A stretch of 64,000 nucleotides of DNA from Phyllobates terribilis. Taxonomy: Eukaryota. Below the pieces are notes generated by a model. The model was not told the DNA's origin. It saw only the letters and a program-made list of their open reading frames with translations, and did no database searches. Each line of letters starts with the position of its first letter. Position 1 is the first letter of the stretch. This document shows, one piece after another, positions 37,811 through 49,013 of this stretch. The stretch lies in assembly GCF_046119375.1 (NCBI RefSeq), contig NW_027362763.1, positions 322,896,001 through 322,960,000 on the forward strand, in the 5' to 3' direction. The position numbers and the translations under genes were made by a program.

Positions 37811-40800
37811 TTAGATTCTCCAACGTACGGGCATCTGGCCTCTGGTAACCCTAGTGGACCTACAGAGCTCACTAACTGGTCCTGCACTACAGGGTGTAGG
37901 AGGTGTTATGGGCAGGCTGGGCAGCTTTCTGCGCACTCTTTGGCTCACTAGGGGCACGGCAGGCTCACTACTAGCAGAGGGTTGATCCTCCTGTACTGCT
38001 GGTGTGGACTCTTCTGCCTCTTGGGCCGGCTGCTCTTCCAGCTCTACTGGTTCCTCTGTAGGCACTTGCGGGGCTGGCTGGAGAAAGGTGAGGACGGGTA
38101 CCACGACAGCACCGTTTACTTGTGTCCAAGACCGGGGAAAGTCTCCGAGTACAGTCCTGATCATTTCTTCCCTTTCCTCTGCTGGTCGAGGGTTTTCTTG
38201 ATCTTCTTCTTCAGGGCTTTGCAGCTGCTCGGGACACTTCTTCAGGTGGTCTCTGGAGACAACGGCTGTGGTTTCTCCTCCATCCTTACTGATCACGCAA
38301 ATCTTTGGGTTCTCATGGCTTGATGGCAGTACGGTGTACGGGTCCTTCTCCCACTGGTCGTCCAACTTGTGGAGCCGTCTTTTCCTCTTCAAGACCTGCT
38401 CTCCAGGTACCAGGGGAACAGCGGGAGCATACTGATTATAAGCCCTCTCTTGCCTTTCTCTAGCTTGAGACAGACTTCGCTCCACGCTCTCCTGCACTTT
38501 CCGATACTGCTGCTGCCGTCCTGTATCCCAGTCTGCCTCTGGCGAGGTGTCCTCGGGCGTCAGGACTCCCATATCCAAGTCGATAGGCAGCTTACCAGGT
38601 CTCGCTCTCATTAGGTAAGCCGGGGTACAGTTGGTAGAACCTACAGGGATGTGGTTGTATAGGTCCACCAGATCAGGCAGCTTCTCAGGCCACATACTGC
38701 GTTCTTCCAGGGGCAATGTTTTCAGGAGGTCTATCACCACCTGGTTCATCTTCTCGCAGAGTCCATTAGTTTGTGGGTGATAGGGCGTTGTTCTTATCTT
38801 CGTGCAGCCATACAGGTTGCAGAACTCCTGGAAGACTTCCGCTTCGAAGGCTGGCCCTTGATCTGTCAGCACTTGGTCCGGGTACCCGTGTGGACGGCAG
38901 AAGTGCTGCTGGAAGGCTCTAGCTGCTGTTTGAGCCGTTAAGTCCTTCACCGGGACCACCACCAGGAACCGGGAGTAATGATCTACGATTGTGAGGGCGT
39001 AGACATACCCAGATCTGCTTGGAGCCAGTTTCACATGGTCCAGGGCTACCAGTTCCAGTGGCTGTCGGGTGATGATGGGCTGCAAGGGAGTCTTCTGGCT
39101 GGCACGGTCCTTCCTTCTTAGGTGGCACGGTCCACAGTCTCTGCACCACCTATCGATGGCTCCTCTCATGCCTACCCAGTAGAACCGCTCACGCAATAAG
39201 AACTCCAGCTTCTTCCACCCGAAATGTCCTGCTCCGTTGTGGTACGCCTCCAGAATCATAGCCGCGTCTCGTCTGGGGACCACTACCTGCCAGGTCAACT
39301 CATGTGTTCGAGAGTTAACCATTCTCCGGCACAACTTCTCCCTGTAGAGGAACAGCCTATTTTTCTCCTTCCACAGTTGCTTAGTCTCCTCTGGGGCGTC
39401 TGGGTCCAAACTGGCATCGGCTTGGGTCAGCATTTCCTTCACCAGACGGACTGCAGGATCACTGTCTTGCGTCTCCGCCCAGTTGTAGTGGGGCAAGGGA
39501 TTGAACGTCGCGGAGCGCCTGTCCTTCACACGGTGGGAATACAGGGTAATCCCATGACGGTGGAACGCAGGGAGCTCAACTTCTTCCAGATCTTCTGGAT
39601 CTTCCCCTACGTCCGGTAAGTTCGGCATTCTAGACAGGGCATCCGCGTTGGCATTTGAGCGTCCTGCCCGGTATTTGATGGTGAATTCAAAGTTGGACAG
39701 GCGAGCCATCCATCTCTGTTCCAGAGCACCGAGCCTTGCAGTGTCCAGGTGTGTCAACGGGTTGTTATCCGTGTACACGATGAATTTGGAGGAGGCAAGG
39801 TAATGCTTGAAACGTTCGGTCACTGCCCACACTACTGCCAGGAACTCCAGCTTGAATGAGCTATAATTCTCAGGGTTCCTCTCGGTGGGTCGTAGCTTTC
39901 GGCTAGCGTAAGCGATTACCCGTTCTTTTCCTTGCTGGATCTGGGACAGCACGGCTCCTAGCCCGATGTTACTTGCGTCCGTGTGGAGGATAAAGGGCTG
40001 GCTGTAGTCTGGATATGCCAGGATTTCTTCCCCCGTGAGGGCCATCTTCAGCTGGCAAAAGGACTCCTCTTCCAGCTTTTCCCACCTGAAGGGCGGCTTC
40101 TGGTTTTTGGCTTTTCGAGATTGACCTATCAGGAGGTCCTGCATAGGGGCTGCCATTTTGGTGAAACCAGGAATGAATCTTCGGTAGTAGCCTACCAACC
40201 CGAGGAACTGCTGCACTTCCTTTATGCTGGAGGGTCTTGGCCAGTCCTTAATCACGGTGATCTTATCAGGGTCAGGAGCCACTCCGTCAGCACTCACCAC
40301 GTGTCCCAGGTATTGCACCTTTGGTTTCAGGAGGTGACAATTGGAGGGTTTCACCTTTAGGCCGTAGTTTGCCAGAGCTTCGAACACTTCTGCCAGGTGT
40401 TTCAGGTGGTCCTCGTAGGTCTTGGAATAGACGATGACATCGTCCAGGTATAACAGGACCGTCTCGAAGTTCCGGTGTCCCAGACAGCATTCCATCAACC
40501 GTTGGAAGGTTCCTGGTGCGTTGCAGAGCCCGAACGGCATGCAGTTAAATTCGCTGAGACCCATCGGGGTGGTGAATGCGGTCTTCTCCCGGTCTGCCTC
40601 TGCTACAGGAACCTGCCAGTACCCGCTAGTGAGATCCAAAGTAGAGAAGAAGTTAGCAGATTTTAATGCAGCTAAGGACTCTTCTATCCTTGGTAACGGG
40701 TACGCATCTTTGTGTGTGATACGGTTGACCTTCCTGTAGTCTACACACATTCTCATAGTGTTGTCCTTCTTTTTCACTAAGACTAGTGGAGCTGCCCAGG

Positions 40801-41950
40801 GGCTACAGCTGTCCCTGATTACCCCAGCCTCCTTCATGTCTCTAAGCATCCCCTTGGCGTGTTGGTAGTGTGCAGGGGGTACGGGTCGGTATCTCTCCTT
40901 TATGGGAGGATGGTCTCCCATGGGGATGTGGTGTTCTACCCCCTTTACTCGCCCGAAGTCTAACGGGTGTTTACTAAACACTCTCTCGTACTCCTGAACC
41001 ACCCGATAGACTCCTTGCTTCTGGTGTGAGGGAGTGGAGTCAGTACCCAGATGTAGTTGCTGACACCAGTCCTCCACTGGTTTCTTAGAGCCGTTACCTT
41101 CCTCTGGTTGAGATGGAGGCAAGGGTTCCACGGCCTGTACAGAATTCTGGTTTATGGTGAACAATTTAGCTAGCGTGGCATACCGGGGCAGGTGTACTTC
41201 TCTCTCACCGATATTTATGATGCGAACGGGCACCCTCCCATGGCGTACATCGACCACCCCCCGTGCTGTCAAAATGGTGGGCCTACTGTCTGAGTAGACG
41301 GGTTCTACCATTGCTTGGTAGTCTCTACCTCTTAGACCAATAGCTGCCCGGCACCAAATCATCATCTCACTTTTTGGGGGCATGGCAATAGGGAACGGGT
41401 CACACATTCTCACGCTACCTATCTCACCACCAGATAGTTCCACCTGTTGCCGCTTCATCAGTGCCCGGATCTCGTTTTGGAGCACACGCTGCTGGCCGGA
41501 ACTGGCGTTCTTGGCAACCTGCTGTAAAATGAGAATCACCTCTGCAAGACAATTTTCAATTACATTGGTTCCCAGGGTGATTCTAGGGTGACTCTCATGA
41601 CGGTCTATGTCCACTATAATCAGTCCTTGTGCCGCCAGTTCGACTTTACCGATTTTAATGGTCACCTCCTTGAATCCCACCTGCGGCACGGGCTGACCAT
41701 TGCTGGCGATGATACTCAGGTCGTCGTCTGGGTAGCGGGTTATGTCCGAATCATTCCAGTACTGCTTGAAGAGCACGTACGGGATGGTGGTGACCTGTGA
41801 CCCAGTGTCTAGTAGGGCACTCATTGGAATGCCATCCAGTACCACAGGCAAGATTGGACGTCCCCCTACGTATTTATCACGCCAGTTTGATGGGCCTGAT
41901 GGTCTTATGCCTGGGGGTTGGCCCTCTACCCCAGGTTGTGCCCGTTTAAA
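37811..41950 (-). CDS. Pol (PR-RT-RH-IN), open, predicted to be expressed by -1 frameshift
   Basis: LLDTGSQV; YLDDVI; TDASNIGLGAVL; HNGAGHFG...CGPC; LVALDH, VDHYSRF, TDQGPAFE, PQTNGLCE. The ORF is in the -1 frame relative to gag. Confidence 0.93.
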   Translation of the reverse strand, partial: FKRAQPGVEGQPPGIRPSGPSNWRDKYVGGRPILPVVLDGIPMSALLDTGSQVTTIPYVLFKQYWNDSDITRYPDDDLSIIASNGQPVPQVGFKEVTIKIGKVELAAQGLIIVDIDRHESHPRITLGTNVIENCLAEVILILQQVAKNASSGQQRVLQNEIRALMKRQQVELSGGEIGSVRMCDPFPIAMPPKSEMMIWCRAAIGLRGRDYQAMVEPVYSDSRPTILTARGVVDVRHGRVPVRIINIGEREVHLPRYATLAKLFTINQNSVQAVEPLPPSQPEEGNGSKKPVEDWCQQLHLGTDSTPSHQKQGVYRVVQEYERVFSKHPLDFGRVKGVEHHIPMGDHPPIKERYRPVPPAHYQHAKGMLRDMKEAGVIRDSCSPWAAPLVLVKKKDNTMRMCVDYRKVNRITHKDAYPLPRIEESLAALKSANFFSTLDLTSGYWQVPVAEADREKTAFTTPMGLSEFNCMPFGLCNAPGTFQRLMECCLGHRNFETVLLYLDDVIVYSKTYEDHLKHLAEVFEALANYGLKVKPSNCHLLKPKVQYLGHVVSADGVAPDPDKITVIKDWPRPSSIKEVQQFLGLVGYYRRFIPGFTKMAAPMQDLLIGQSRKAKNQKPPFRWEKLEEESFCQLKMALTGEEILAYPDYSQPFILHTDASNIGLGAVLSQIQQGKERVIAYASRKLRPTERNPENYSSFKLEFLAVVWAVTERFKHYLASSKFIVYTDNNPLTHLDTARLGALEQRWMARLSNFEFTIKYRAGRSNANADALSRMPNLPDVGEDPEDLEEVELPAFHRHGITLYSHRVKDRRSATFNPLPHYNWAETQDSDPAVRLVKEMLTQADASLDPDAPEETKQLWKEKNRLFLYREKLCRRMVNSRTHELTWQVVVPRRDAAMILEAYHNGAGHFGWKKLEFLLRERFYWVGMRGAIDRWCRDCGPCHLRRKDRASQKTPLQPIITRQPLELVALDHVKLAPSRSGYVYALTIVDHYSRFLVVVPVKDLTAQTAARAFQQHFCRPHGYPDQVLTDQGPAFEAEVFQEFCNLYGCTKIRTTPYHPQTNGLCEKMNQVVIDLLKTLPLEERSMWPEKLPDLVDLYNHIPVGSTNCTPAYLMRARPGKLPIDLDMGVLTPEDTSPEADWDTGRQQQYRKVQESVERSLSQARERQERAYNQYAPAVPLVPGEQVLKRKRRLHKLDDQWEKDPYTVLPSSHENPKICVISKDGGETTAVVSRDHLKKCPEQLQSPEEEDQENPRPAEEREEMIRTVLGDFPRSWTQVNGAVVVPVLTFLQPAPQVPTEEPVELEEQPAQEAEESTPAVQEDQPSASSEPAVPLVSQRVRRKLPSLPITPPTPCSAGPVSELCRSTRVTRGQMPVRWRI

Positions 41951-42909
41951 TGACAGTACCTTGCCACATGTCCGGGTTGATTGCAGCGGCGGCAGATGGG
42001 TCGTCCGTCCTCGTTGTATCTGTCGCTGGGTCTTCCTCTGGCCGGTGGGGTCCTCCTTGGTCGGCGCCACGGGATGTCCTCCGGTCCGGATGCCAGCTCG
42101 ATCTTTCCTGGAGAAGAGACCTGTAAAGACTGCACAGTTCTGGTTAGCGCGGCAACGCTCTTAGTCAGCTCTTGGACCTGATGGTGCAGGTCTGTTGCCG
42201 GGTCATTGTTCAAAGCCTGCGCATCAGCCCCCACAGGCCCTGCAGACAAGGGCGCCGTCTCCTGGTGATAAGTGATAGCAGGGCGCCTGTGGGTCACAGC
42301 GCCACCTGGTGCCGGTTCTCGGAGCACCCGGATGGCTCTGTCCTTGAACTGTGCAAAGTCCAGGTCAGGGTCCTGTAAGGCCATTGCCCGCAACTGGGTT
42401 CGGTGGGCATTGCACAGTAGACCCTCAATGAATTGTTCAGTCAACAGCTTATCTTCATTTCCCACGCTGTCAGGGTCTGCCTGCTTAATGGCTCTCAGGG
42501 CCTCTTGTAAGTTTAAAGCATAGTCTCTTATACTCTCATGTGCTCGCTGTTTGCACCCATAAAATCTTAGTTTTATTTCGGCTGAGGTGCGGGTGTCAAA
42601 TGTGTCTTTCAGCCGGGTTAGTATGTCTCTGACAGTCCTCTTCCTCCCAGGTGGCCAGGACTTTACCTCCCTTTGGGCTGCCCCGATTAATTGGGCCACC
42701 AGGATGCTCACTTTTTGCTCTTCTGTGAGGGGGTACACCTGGAAGAGGCTATCCAGTCTTTCTCTAAAGTCATTTAGGGTATGTGACTCCCCTGAGTACT
42801 GGGGTAGCCAGGCTGCCCCCGGGATATAGGGCATGGTGAATGGCATGACTGTTGCAGCGGTTGCGCTGGCGGTGGCTGTGGCAGTGGAGCTCCCCTCGGT
42901 GTCCAGCAT
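41926..42909 (-). CDS. Gag, 327 aa (PNMA-like capsid, CCHC knuckle)
   Basis: WLPQYSGE...LIGAAQREV...LTEQFIEGL; CRRCNQPGHVARYC. Confidence 0.9.
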   Translation of the reverse strand: MLDTEGSSTATATASATAATVMPFTMPYIPGAAWLPQYSGESHTLNDFRERLDSLFQVYPLTEEQKVSILVAQLIGAAQREVKSWPPGRKRTVRDILTRLKDTFDTRTSAEIKLRFYGCKQRAHESIRDYALNLQEALRAIKQADPDSVGNEDKLLTEQFIEGLLCNAHRTQLRAMALQDPDLDFAQFKDRAIRVLREPAPGGAVTHRRPAITYHQETAPLSAGPVGADAQALNNDPATDLHHQVQELTKSVAALTRTVQSLQVSSPGKIELASGPEDIPWRRPRRTPPARGRPSDRYNEDGRPICRRCNQPGHVARYCHLNGHNLG

Positions 42910-43368
42910 CCTCCTCCCCCCTAGTGGACCGTGGCCTACCTTGCGATGCTCTTCTTCCGTAGGCCGCGGCTCCGCAGTCGATCGTCGGGGTTGAGGACCT
43001 GGCGTCGCGCTCCGATGACGTCAGCGTCGCTCTTCCTCCCTTCCAGGACCTTGCGCAGCGTCAGAGCGTGGGGCGGAGCTTCGGATCTCGCGCGCTTTCG
43101 GCGTCCACGCCCCTCTTCTTCCTGTGCGGCGTCCCGAAGATGGCGTCCGATGGCGGGAAGCAGCTGCGGATGGCGGGAAGAAGGCAGAAGACGGCGGGAA
43201 ATGGTCCAAGATGGCGTCTGATGGCGGGAAGAAGGCAGAAGACGGCGGGAAATGGTCCAAGATGGCGTCTGATTGGCGGGAATCGGCTCCAGACGGCGGG
43301 AAACTTCACCACAGGTAAGTTCAAAAAGTCTTTTTCAGGCACGCAGTACCCGGTGGTTGCAGTCACGA

Positions 43369-43387
43369 AATCCTGCCGACTACGCCA
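43369..43387 (-). promoter_or_regulatory. Primer-binding site complementary to the tRNA-Ser 3' end
   Basis: Plus strand AATCCTGCCGACTACGCCA equals the 3' end of vertebrate tRNA-Ser(AGA) as recalled. Confidence 0.88.
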
Positions 43388-44916
43388 AAGTTGACTCGCC
43401 CCCTGGGACAATGCTGTAGTGCGGCGCGCGTGCGCGCGGGGGATACCCGGAGCCGGATCCGATGGGGGTAGTAGTCTTCGTGTGGCGGTGACCCGGTCCG
43501 CGCCCAGGGTGGTCAAACTAAGTGGCGGTTATTGGTATGATGGTATTAGTGTCCGACTACGCCACCCGTTGAATGCGGTTATGAAACCGCCGCTGCAGGG
43601 CAGACCGCTGAGGCCGGTGGTATAGGTGTGCAGCAATGTTGATATAACCCCCAACGGGAGAGGTATGGCCTCAGGGCAGCGGATGTGGATGATGTTGGGA
43701 GTGATGGTGTGGATGTCCCAGCACTAACGGTGCGACAAGGAAGCACGGAAACGCGAGGGTACAGTTCAGGGCCTTTACTGATGGTACAAGGCAAATTCCC
43801 CCGGGAGTACTGGCTAGTAGTTGGGGCCTGGTTAGTCTGCGAGTAAGCCGGAGTTCCCCTGGCCAGGTGGAGTTGTAGGCCTTCCCGTTAGTCTGTACCC
43901 TTCCTGGCTACCCTGCTTTCGGCGGTTACAAGTAGCCCACGTCCCTGGGTATACCATGTGGTGCTCACCCGTATGGCTGGTGACCTGGGGCCTCCTGTTA
44001 GCCTCCGCTCCGGGATGGCGGTGCTGGTCCCTTCGTTGTGACTGAGCCTCCGGGCTTTTATGGCCAGAGGACCTGGAATCCCCTGCCGGATGGATTCTGC
44101 TGCTGGGTATATCTTAGTCCCCACAGCCTCGGACTCCTGTGTCCGATTTTAGTACCTTCTCCCAGGGCGAGCTCTGCACAGCTCCAGCCCCTGGCGCTTC
44201 TCCTTGGCTCCTACAGAGCTCCTGATGTCTATCTGTCCCTGTTTCTGCGTGTCCAGACCAGACTCCGTCTCTGTCTGGAACTCCTCTCTCTAACCCTGCC
44301 TCAGCCCCAGTTTATGTAGGGGAAGTTCTTCCCCTCCCAGGACTGGGCAGGAGGTGTGGTATGCTTAGGATTCCTGCCCAGGAGACCTCCCACCTGCTCA
44401 CAGACGTAATACTGCTATTACTGTGGAAACCAGACCCCTGGGGTGCCACATATGGCCACAGCAGAGGGGGCCAGCTGCATCTGACATCAGTGACGTCAGC
44501 TGCTGCCAGTCCACCTTCTGTTCCTAAGCTGCTGGCGCACCCTGGGCCCTTGTATCATGTTATATAAAGGAGTTGAGGGCCCGAAAATGATGAGTTGCAT
44601 GCGAACACCCGTGCACTTGCTCATCCTTCCTTCCACTCCCCCATTCAACCTCCCATTAGCCCACCGCTGGCCTACCCACACACTACACTGCCTCACTGCT
44701 CATGCAGTGTGAAGTTGGAGGCCCTTTACAATCGAGTGGCTCCAAACATGCAATATCAGCTTGATTACAATTAGAGATTACAGAATCCACCATTCACAGT
44801 AGGTAATGTCACAGCTCACCTTTTCCCCTTTCCTGAACAATGATGACTGCATGTCACTAAACATGAGAACATGTATAGAAAACTGTCCCAAGGAAATAAA
44901 GTCTCCTATAATGTCT

Positions 44917-45562
44917 TGTGATATATATATACACATGCATGTAGCGTCTGCGTCTCTGCCTCCTGCCCGGTAGAGAAGCCGATCATCAGTCCCGGTCCTC
45001 CAGCTCCCTCGCTGCATCTGCCCAGGGTGCGCGCTCCGCGCGCATATCCCCAGGCACTGTACTGAGAGCGCACATGCTCCCTCCCTCTTGAAGGGGCTGC
45101 GCGCGCTGTCCTAAAAAGACCCCTATTTAAGGCACCTCCTCCAAAATGGAGGTGCCTGTGCAAAGTCGTTGTTTTTTGCTCTAAACACTTCTCCAGCCCT
45201 CAGGTTCCAGTGCTGCCCGCCAGCCTGTCTATCAGCCATGCCCACCAGTCTGTCTACCAGCCGTGTCCACTTATCAGTCTGACAGCCAAGCCTGCCTGAC
45301 TGCCTGCATCACCTGTCTGTCTGCCTGCCGTGCTCATCTGCCATGCCTGTCTGTTTCGGCCATCAGTCCGGTGGGAGTCGCCTGCTCTCACACGAGGTCG
45401 GTCCCAGAGTGGCACCTGGTCCACCTTCCCGGTCCCTCCTTGGTTCACGGAGTCGATTAAGCCGCCGTGTAGCTAGGGTCAGTCTGGGTAGGCACTTAGT
45501 TATGCACCTCTGGTCCCTCCTTGTATCACAGCACAGAGGTTTCACCACCCAGACCCGTAACA
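44917..45562. mobile_element. Possible solo LTR
   Basis: TGTGAT...CGTAACA termini, GC-rich core with TATTTAA, short internal CCAGCC/CTGTCT repeats. No TSD found. Confidence 0.4.
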
Positions 45563-47166
45563 TTGCATATTTCCAATGTCTATATCTCCAAACAGGCAAA
45601 AGAGCAACTTTCAAAAATGTACAAAAAACAGAATACAATAATCTCCAATCAGAAATACCGATTATAAAAAAAATATCATAATCTGGTTTCAATTAGTTTA
45701 AAAAATGTATGTGACATATTCCCTTAAAGAGAAATAAATACAAATATACCTAAAAAGAGTATTGGATAGTTAAGTGTCTACCTTGTCATGGTGGCAGGCA
45801 TAAAAAATCTTTTGGCCAAAGCCAAAGCTAATGACTATGTATGTGTTATAGTGTTCAATGGTAACTGTTAATGTGTTATTTGTGAGGACGCGGTGCAGAA
45901 GTGGAGTTTATCCATGGGATGGAGGAGGGGTTGGGTGAAGCCTGGGAGGAGTCTCAAGGGGGCCCGAAAATGTTTTTAGCATGGGGCCTTGAAATTCCTG
46001 GTGGCAGCCCTGCCAATGACTTAAGCCTTTATGGATTATTATTCAGCACCTGTCTTTTAATTGATTAACTATTCATGATAGTGTAAGGATGGTGGACTGC
46101 TGTGGGTGCATTCCTACCCCTGAAGACACGAATCGCGATATGTCTTGTAAGGTGAATAATGTCTTGCATCTTTTGTCTATATATCGTGTCATGTGAATTG
46201 TAATATATTGTTAGTATAGTGTGTAGTAAATATTATAACATAAGCAATGTAGTGTGTAGTGTCAGCTATATAGTTGAATATAGCGTAAGATAGAGTTAAT
46301 GTTTGGGACTAGCCCATAATAGGAGGGTATAAACAAAACCAAAACTTAGTAGCATGAATAAGTGGTCTAAATGTAGATAATTGTAAATTAATTACCTTTA
46401 TTATGATTACAAGTAGCTACATTGTGGCAAAAAGATGGAGCATACACACACAATAAATTGGGTAACAAGAATACCCAGAAAAGGGATAAAAACAAAGTAA
46501 TAGCAGACACAAATCAATGATTATCAAACGTTGTAGATAATATGATGTGACCCATGTATATGGTAAGTATTGAATACACCTATAATGTGCTATGAAGTAA
46601 TAGCACAGTCCCTTAGCCTAGTGGAGATTAACAGAATACTTACCATGTGTTGATAACCCATTAAATATTGGCCCATTTACTCTCGCCAAAAATACATGCT
46701 ACATATCCATCCTAATATCTTTAGCATTTTTTGTCCTAAATTTATTTACATACATACATTTGGATCACATCTTGTTATCTACAAGGTTTGATAATCATTG
46801 ATTTGTGTCTGTCCTGCTATTACTTTGTTTTTATCCCTGTTCAGGGTCTACTTGTTACTCAATTTATTGTGTGTGCGCTCCTTTTTTTTGCCACAATATA
46901 CCCACTTGTAATCATAATAAAGGTATTTTATTTACAATTATCTACAGTACAGACCAAAAGTTTGGACACACCTTCTCATTTAAAGATTTCTCTGTATTTT
47001 CATGACTTTGAAAATTGTACATTCACACTGAAGGCATCAAAGCTATGAATTAACACATGTGGAATTAAATACTTAAAAAAGTGTGAAACAACTGAAAATA
47101 TGTCTTATATTCTAGGTTCTTCAAAGTAGCCACCTTTTGCTTTGATGACTGCTTTGCACACTCTTG

Positions 47167-49013
47167 TAGGAAATTTTGGAGGAAAATGGGGGGTGCGTCT
47201 TATAGTCCGAATGTTGGGGAGGTGTATATATATATATATATATACGGGGTGAGGGGGGAGTGGTAGCGGTGGAAGAGCGGGGCACAAAATGCAGCAGCTA
47301 CCCGCTGCAGCCTATACTGTCCCCTGCTACTTAATAGCGGCACACAGCGGAGCGAAGCACGGCTCCTGCTGCTGCCGGAACCGCGTGTGCCCACTGTTAA
47401 AGGACATGAATATTCAACCTCTCTCCACGCCCATGGAGGGGAGGGGGTGAATATTCATGCCCTTTAATGAGCGAGCACAGGAGTTAGCCAGCAACAGCCG
47501 CAGAGCGGTTACACTGTGTGCCGGCTATGAAGGAGAGTGAAGTCACTGCTCCCCGCGCACACAGTCCCGGCATGGGGAGCAGTGACTTCCGGCAGCTGAT
47601 CTCTCCTTGTGAGCCGGGCATGGCAGTGACGTCATGCAGGGCTCACATGGAGAGATCAGTGCAGGCAGACCGGATGCAGTGCTGGAGGAGAGAAGAGAGG
47701 TGAGTAGGAGTGTTTATTTTTTTTTGTATGTGCATCTTGATGGGGATTAGGGGAACCATGCATACCAGGACAGGGATTAGGGGTGCCATGCATAACAGGA
47801 TAGGGATTAGGGGTGCCATGCATAACAGGATAAAGATGAGGGGGCCATGCATACCAGGACAGGGATTAGGGGTGCCATGCATAACAGGATAAGGATGAGG
47901 GATGCCATGCATACTAGTACAGGGATGAGGGGTGCTATGCATATCAGGACAGGGATGAGGGGTGCCATGCATACCAGGATAGGGATGAGGGGTGCCATGC
48001 ATACCAGGATAAGGATGAGGGGTGCCATGCATACCAGGATAGGGATGAGGGGTGCCATGCATACCAGGATAGGGATGAGGGGTGCCATGCATACCAGGAT
48101 TGGGGATGAGGGGTGCCATGCATACCAAGATGGGGATTACTGTGCCATGCATACCAGGATTTGGGATGAGGGGTGCCATGCATACCAGGATAAGGATGAG
48201 GGAGCCATGCATACCAGGATTGGGGATGAGGGGTGCCATGCATACTATGATTGGGGATGAGGGGTGCCATGCATACCAGGATAGGGATGAGGGGTGCGAT
48301 GCATACCAGGATAGGGATGAGGGGTGCCATGCATACCAGGATAGGGATGAGGGGTGCCATGCATACCAGGATAAGGATGAGGGGTGCCATGCATACCAGG
48401 ATTGGGGATGAGGGGTGCCATGCATACCAAGATGGGGATTACTGTGCCATGCATACCAGGATTTGGGATGAGTGGTGCCATGCATACCAGGATAGGGATG
48501 AGGGGTGCCATGCATACCAGGATAGGAATGAGGGTGCCATGCATACCAGGATAAGGATGAGGGGTGCCATGCATACCAGGATTGGGCATGAGGGGTGCCA
48601 TGCATACCAGGATGGGGATTACTGTGCCATGCATACCAGGATTTGGGATGAGGAGTGCCATGCATACCTGGATAAGGATGAGGGAGCCATGCATACCAGG
48701 ATTGGGGATGAGGGGTGCCATGCATACCAGGATTGGGGATGAGGGGTGCCATGCATACCAGGATGGAGGGGTGCCAGGCATACTAGGATGGGGACCACGT
48801 ATTAAAGGAAAGGGGGGCATATATACCAGGATGGGAGATATTGTCAGAATTGGGGGACATTACCCCTATACCAGTGTCAGCAGAAGACCCCCTCCCCCTT
48901 AAAAGTGCATCATGACCACATTTTTTGCTATATTTTTTTTTTTTAGTATTTTCCTCCTCTAAAGTCTAGGTGCGTCTTATGGTCCGGTGTGTCTTATAGT
49001 CCAAAAAATATGG
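47167..49013. mobile_element. TA-targeting (pogo/Tc1-mariner-type) MITE, one end truncated
   Basis: Right end GCGTCTTATGGTCCGGTGTGTCTTATAGTCCAAAAAATATGG-TA; the left end retains only the subterminal GCGTCTTATAGTCCGAA. Confidence 0.7.
47735..48770. repeat. G-rich ~30-bp minisatellite (GGGATGAGGGGTGCCATGCATACCAGGATA), ~33 units
   Basis: Direct tandem repeat; it explains the ORFs at 47643-48902. Confidence 0.97.

Larger units (their letters stand above)
36401..44450 (-). mobile_element. Ty3/gypsy LTR retrotransposon (non-chromodomain), apparently intact
   Basis: 1059-bp LTRs 36401-37459 and 43392-44450, TSD TATG, PPT TAGGGGGGAA, tRNA-Ser PBS, open gag and pol. Confidence 0.97.

Noticed and set aside
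36166-46012. Possible CAGGGC...GCCCTG element enclosing the second LTR retrotransposon
   Set aside because: TIR match is only 6 bp and no TSD was found.
47643-48902. Long ORFs (up to 369 aa) with MHGTPHPYPG repeats
   Set aside because: Translations of a 30-bp minisatellite, open in several frames on both strands.
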